DNA from: Selaginella moellendorffii
Lineage: Eukaryota; Plantae; Lycopodiophyta
DNA: 64,000 nt
Assembly: GCF_000143415.4 (NCBI RefSeq)
Contig: NW_003314343.1
Location: forward strand, 1-64,000
Direction of reading: 5' to 3'
Part shown: piece by piece, positions 62,238-64,000 of the stretch
Position numbering within the stretch: position 1 is the stretch's first letter
How the letters are laid out: each line of letters opens with the position of its first letter
Notes under the pieces: model-generated
Database searches by the model: none
What the model was told of the DNA's origin: nothing
Seen by the model: the letters and a program-made list of their open reading frames with translations, nothing else
Position numbers and translations under genes: made by a program

Positions 62238-64000
62238 AATGACTTACCCAATCGGTCTGGTCTCCCGAGACATAGCATCGCAAATAATCCTCTAGCTGCC
62301 TATTCACCCTTTCCGTTTGTCCGTCTGTGAAGAAGTGTTAGTGCCATCAAACTTGACTTAATACTCATTACCTGTCTATGGGTGATAGGCTGTGCTGAAT
62401 TTCAACTTGGTGCGATACTGTTTCAGGAGTGTTCTCCAGAACCTACTGGTGAAGATCTTATCTCGATCTGAGATAATCTCTTCTGGCCTTCCCCGCACTT
62501 GAATCAATTGTTCGAAGAACAGCTTCGCCACACCTTCCGCATCCACTTCCGTTGTGGTGGGTATGAAATATGCCATCTTCAAAAATCGATCCACCACCAC
62601 GAATATCGCATCGAACCCCTCGCTTGGGAGGAGTCCCGTGATGAAGTCCATCGTAAGACATTTCCACGGATGATCTAGAATTGGGATGCTTTGCAACAAG
62701 CCCCCACTAGCCTTAGTCACGGCTTTGACCTGTTGACATGTTGGACATGTCTTTACATAGTCTTGGACATCCTTAACCATATCTAGCCAGTGGTACTTCC
62801 TTTTGAGTAAGCCTATTGTCTTGGGCACTCCGCCGTGTCCCGCAAGAAGTCTGTCATGACACTCTTCTAAGGTTACCTTCCTTAGTTCCCCTTATGGAAC
62901 ATACACCCTCGTTTGCTTGTAATATATGAGTCTGTTGCGTTCCACATAGCCCGTTTTCTCTTCCGTTGGCAGCTCACCTCTCTAGTGAGCTTCCCGTGCC
63001 TCTAGATTCCTCAGCAAAACTTCTTGTGCTAGACCATCGTTCTCATATGCGGTCCGCACATCATCCCAAAAGGTTGCTGTCGCGCTGGATACCCTAAACT
63101 TCAAGCTCGCTTTTCGACTTAGCGCATCTGCCGTGATGTTACTCTTCCCAGGCTTGTACAGAATCTCGCAATCAAACTCGGCCAAAGCATTGGCCCACCA
63201 ACCTTGTTTCCCTCTCAGGTCGGGCTGTGACAAGAAGTGTTTCGTTGCCACATTGTCCGTGTAAACCTTGAAGTGTTTCCCAAGGTAGTGTCGCCACTCC
63301 TTGAGCGCCTTGACCATCGCAAACAATCCCTTCTCATGGGCAAACCACTTCCATTAAGCCTTATCCAACTTCTTCGAGAAGAACGCTACTGGATGGTTGT
63401 CTTGCTTCAATACTGCGTCCAACGCAAATTCTGAAGCGTCCGTTTGTACCTCAAAGTCCTTACCAAAGTCTGGTAACGCCAACACGGGAGCCTTCCTCAA
63501 CTTCCCTTTGAGGTGGATAAATGCCACCTCGCATTCCGCTGTCCATACCATTTTCCCTTTTCCCGTTTGGTCCGTTAAGGGTAGAGCTACTCTCGAATAG
63601 TGTTTGATAAACTTTCGGTAGTAGTTGCATAGCTCCAAGAACGCCCTCAACTCATGTACATTCGATGGTCGCTCCCATTCCTAGATCTCTTGGACCTTTT
63701 CTGGGTCCACCTTGAGCCCGTTGTGGCCCACCACATGCCCGAGAAACTTTACCTGTTGTTGAGCAAAGTCACATTTGCTCTCTTTAGCATACAGTTTGTG
63801 TTCCTTTAGTTTCTCAAACACCTTGTTTGTGGGTTTGACTCTTTTTGCTTGACTCCTCCACGTACTTGCTCGCTGGCCGCCGGATTTGCCTTTCCGGAAC
63901 TCTGAGGATTCATTCTTAGAGAAACTCTTCTTGAATTTCCCTCTACTATACGTTCCCCTTGGTTTGGCCCCTTTGCTAAATTTGGACCCTGACCCCGTCG
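62238..64000 (-). mobile_element. Further gypsy family fragment (gag end joined by deletion to RT end-RH-INT)
   Basis: Homologous to 9630-9800 and 11820-13410; intron 1 retained at 62325-62371. Confidence 0.92.

Overview
This is a plant chromosome end, starting with a (CCCTAAA)n array. The very short introns and telomere-bound Penelope-like elements suggest a lycophyte such as Selaginella, which is inference only. The window is almost entirely transposon-derived. (1) Two families of endonuclease-less Penelope-like retroelements (PLEs) carry minimal hammerhead ribozymes and are joined to telomeric repeats (290-5153; 49538-57937). (2) One chromodomain Ty3/gypsy family is present as a full-length copy with TSD (7560-15733) plus several nested, scrambled fragments; its integrase region is split by two short GT-AG introns. 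(3) A ~12.5 kb Sola-like DDD DNA transposon (27824-~40385) has a matching MITE at 45967-46253. It carries a divergently transcribed multi-intron cargo gene that reconstructs to ParB-like + degenerate N6A/N4C-methyltransferase-like + FCP1/NIF-type HAD phosphatase, and it contains about 25 copies of a 24-bp palindrome. (4) One apparently intact host gene (21538-24156) encodes an MLKL-like helical N-terminus, an active-looking TKL kinase and a catalytically dead PP1 domain. A 5S-rRNA promoter core in an LTR-like fragment lies next to the interstitial telomere. Domain assignments were made by eye from motifs and need HMM or structure confirmation.
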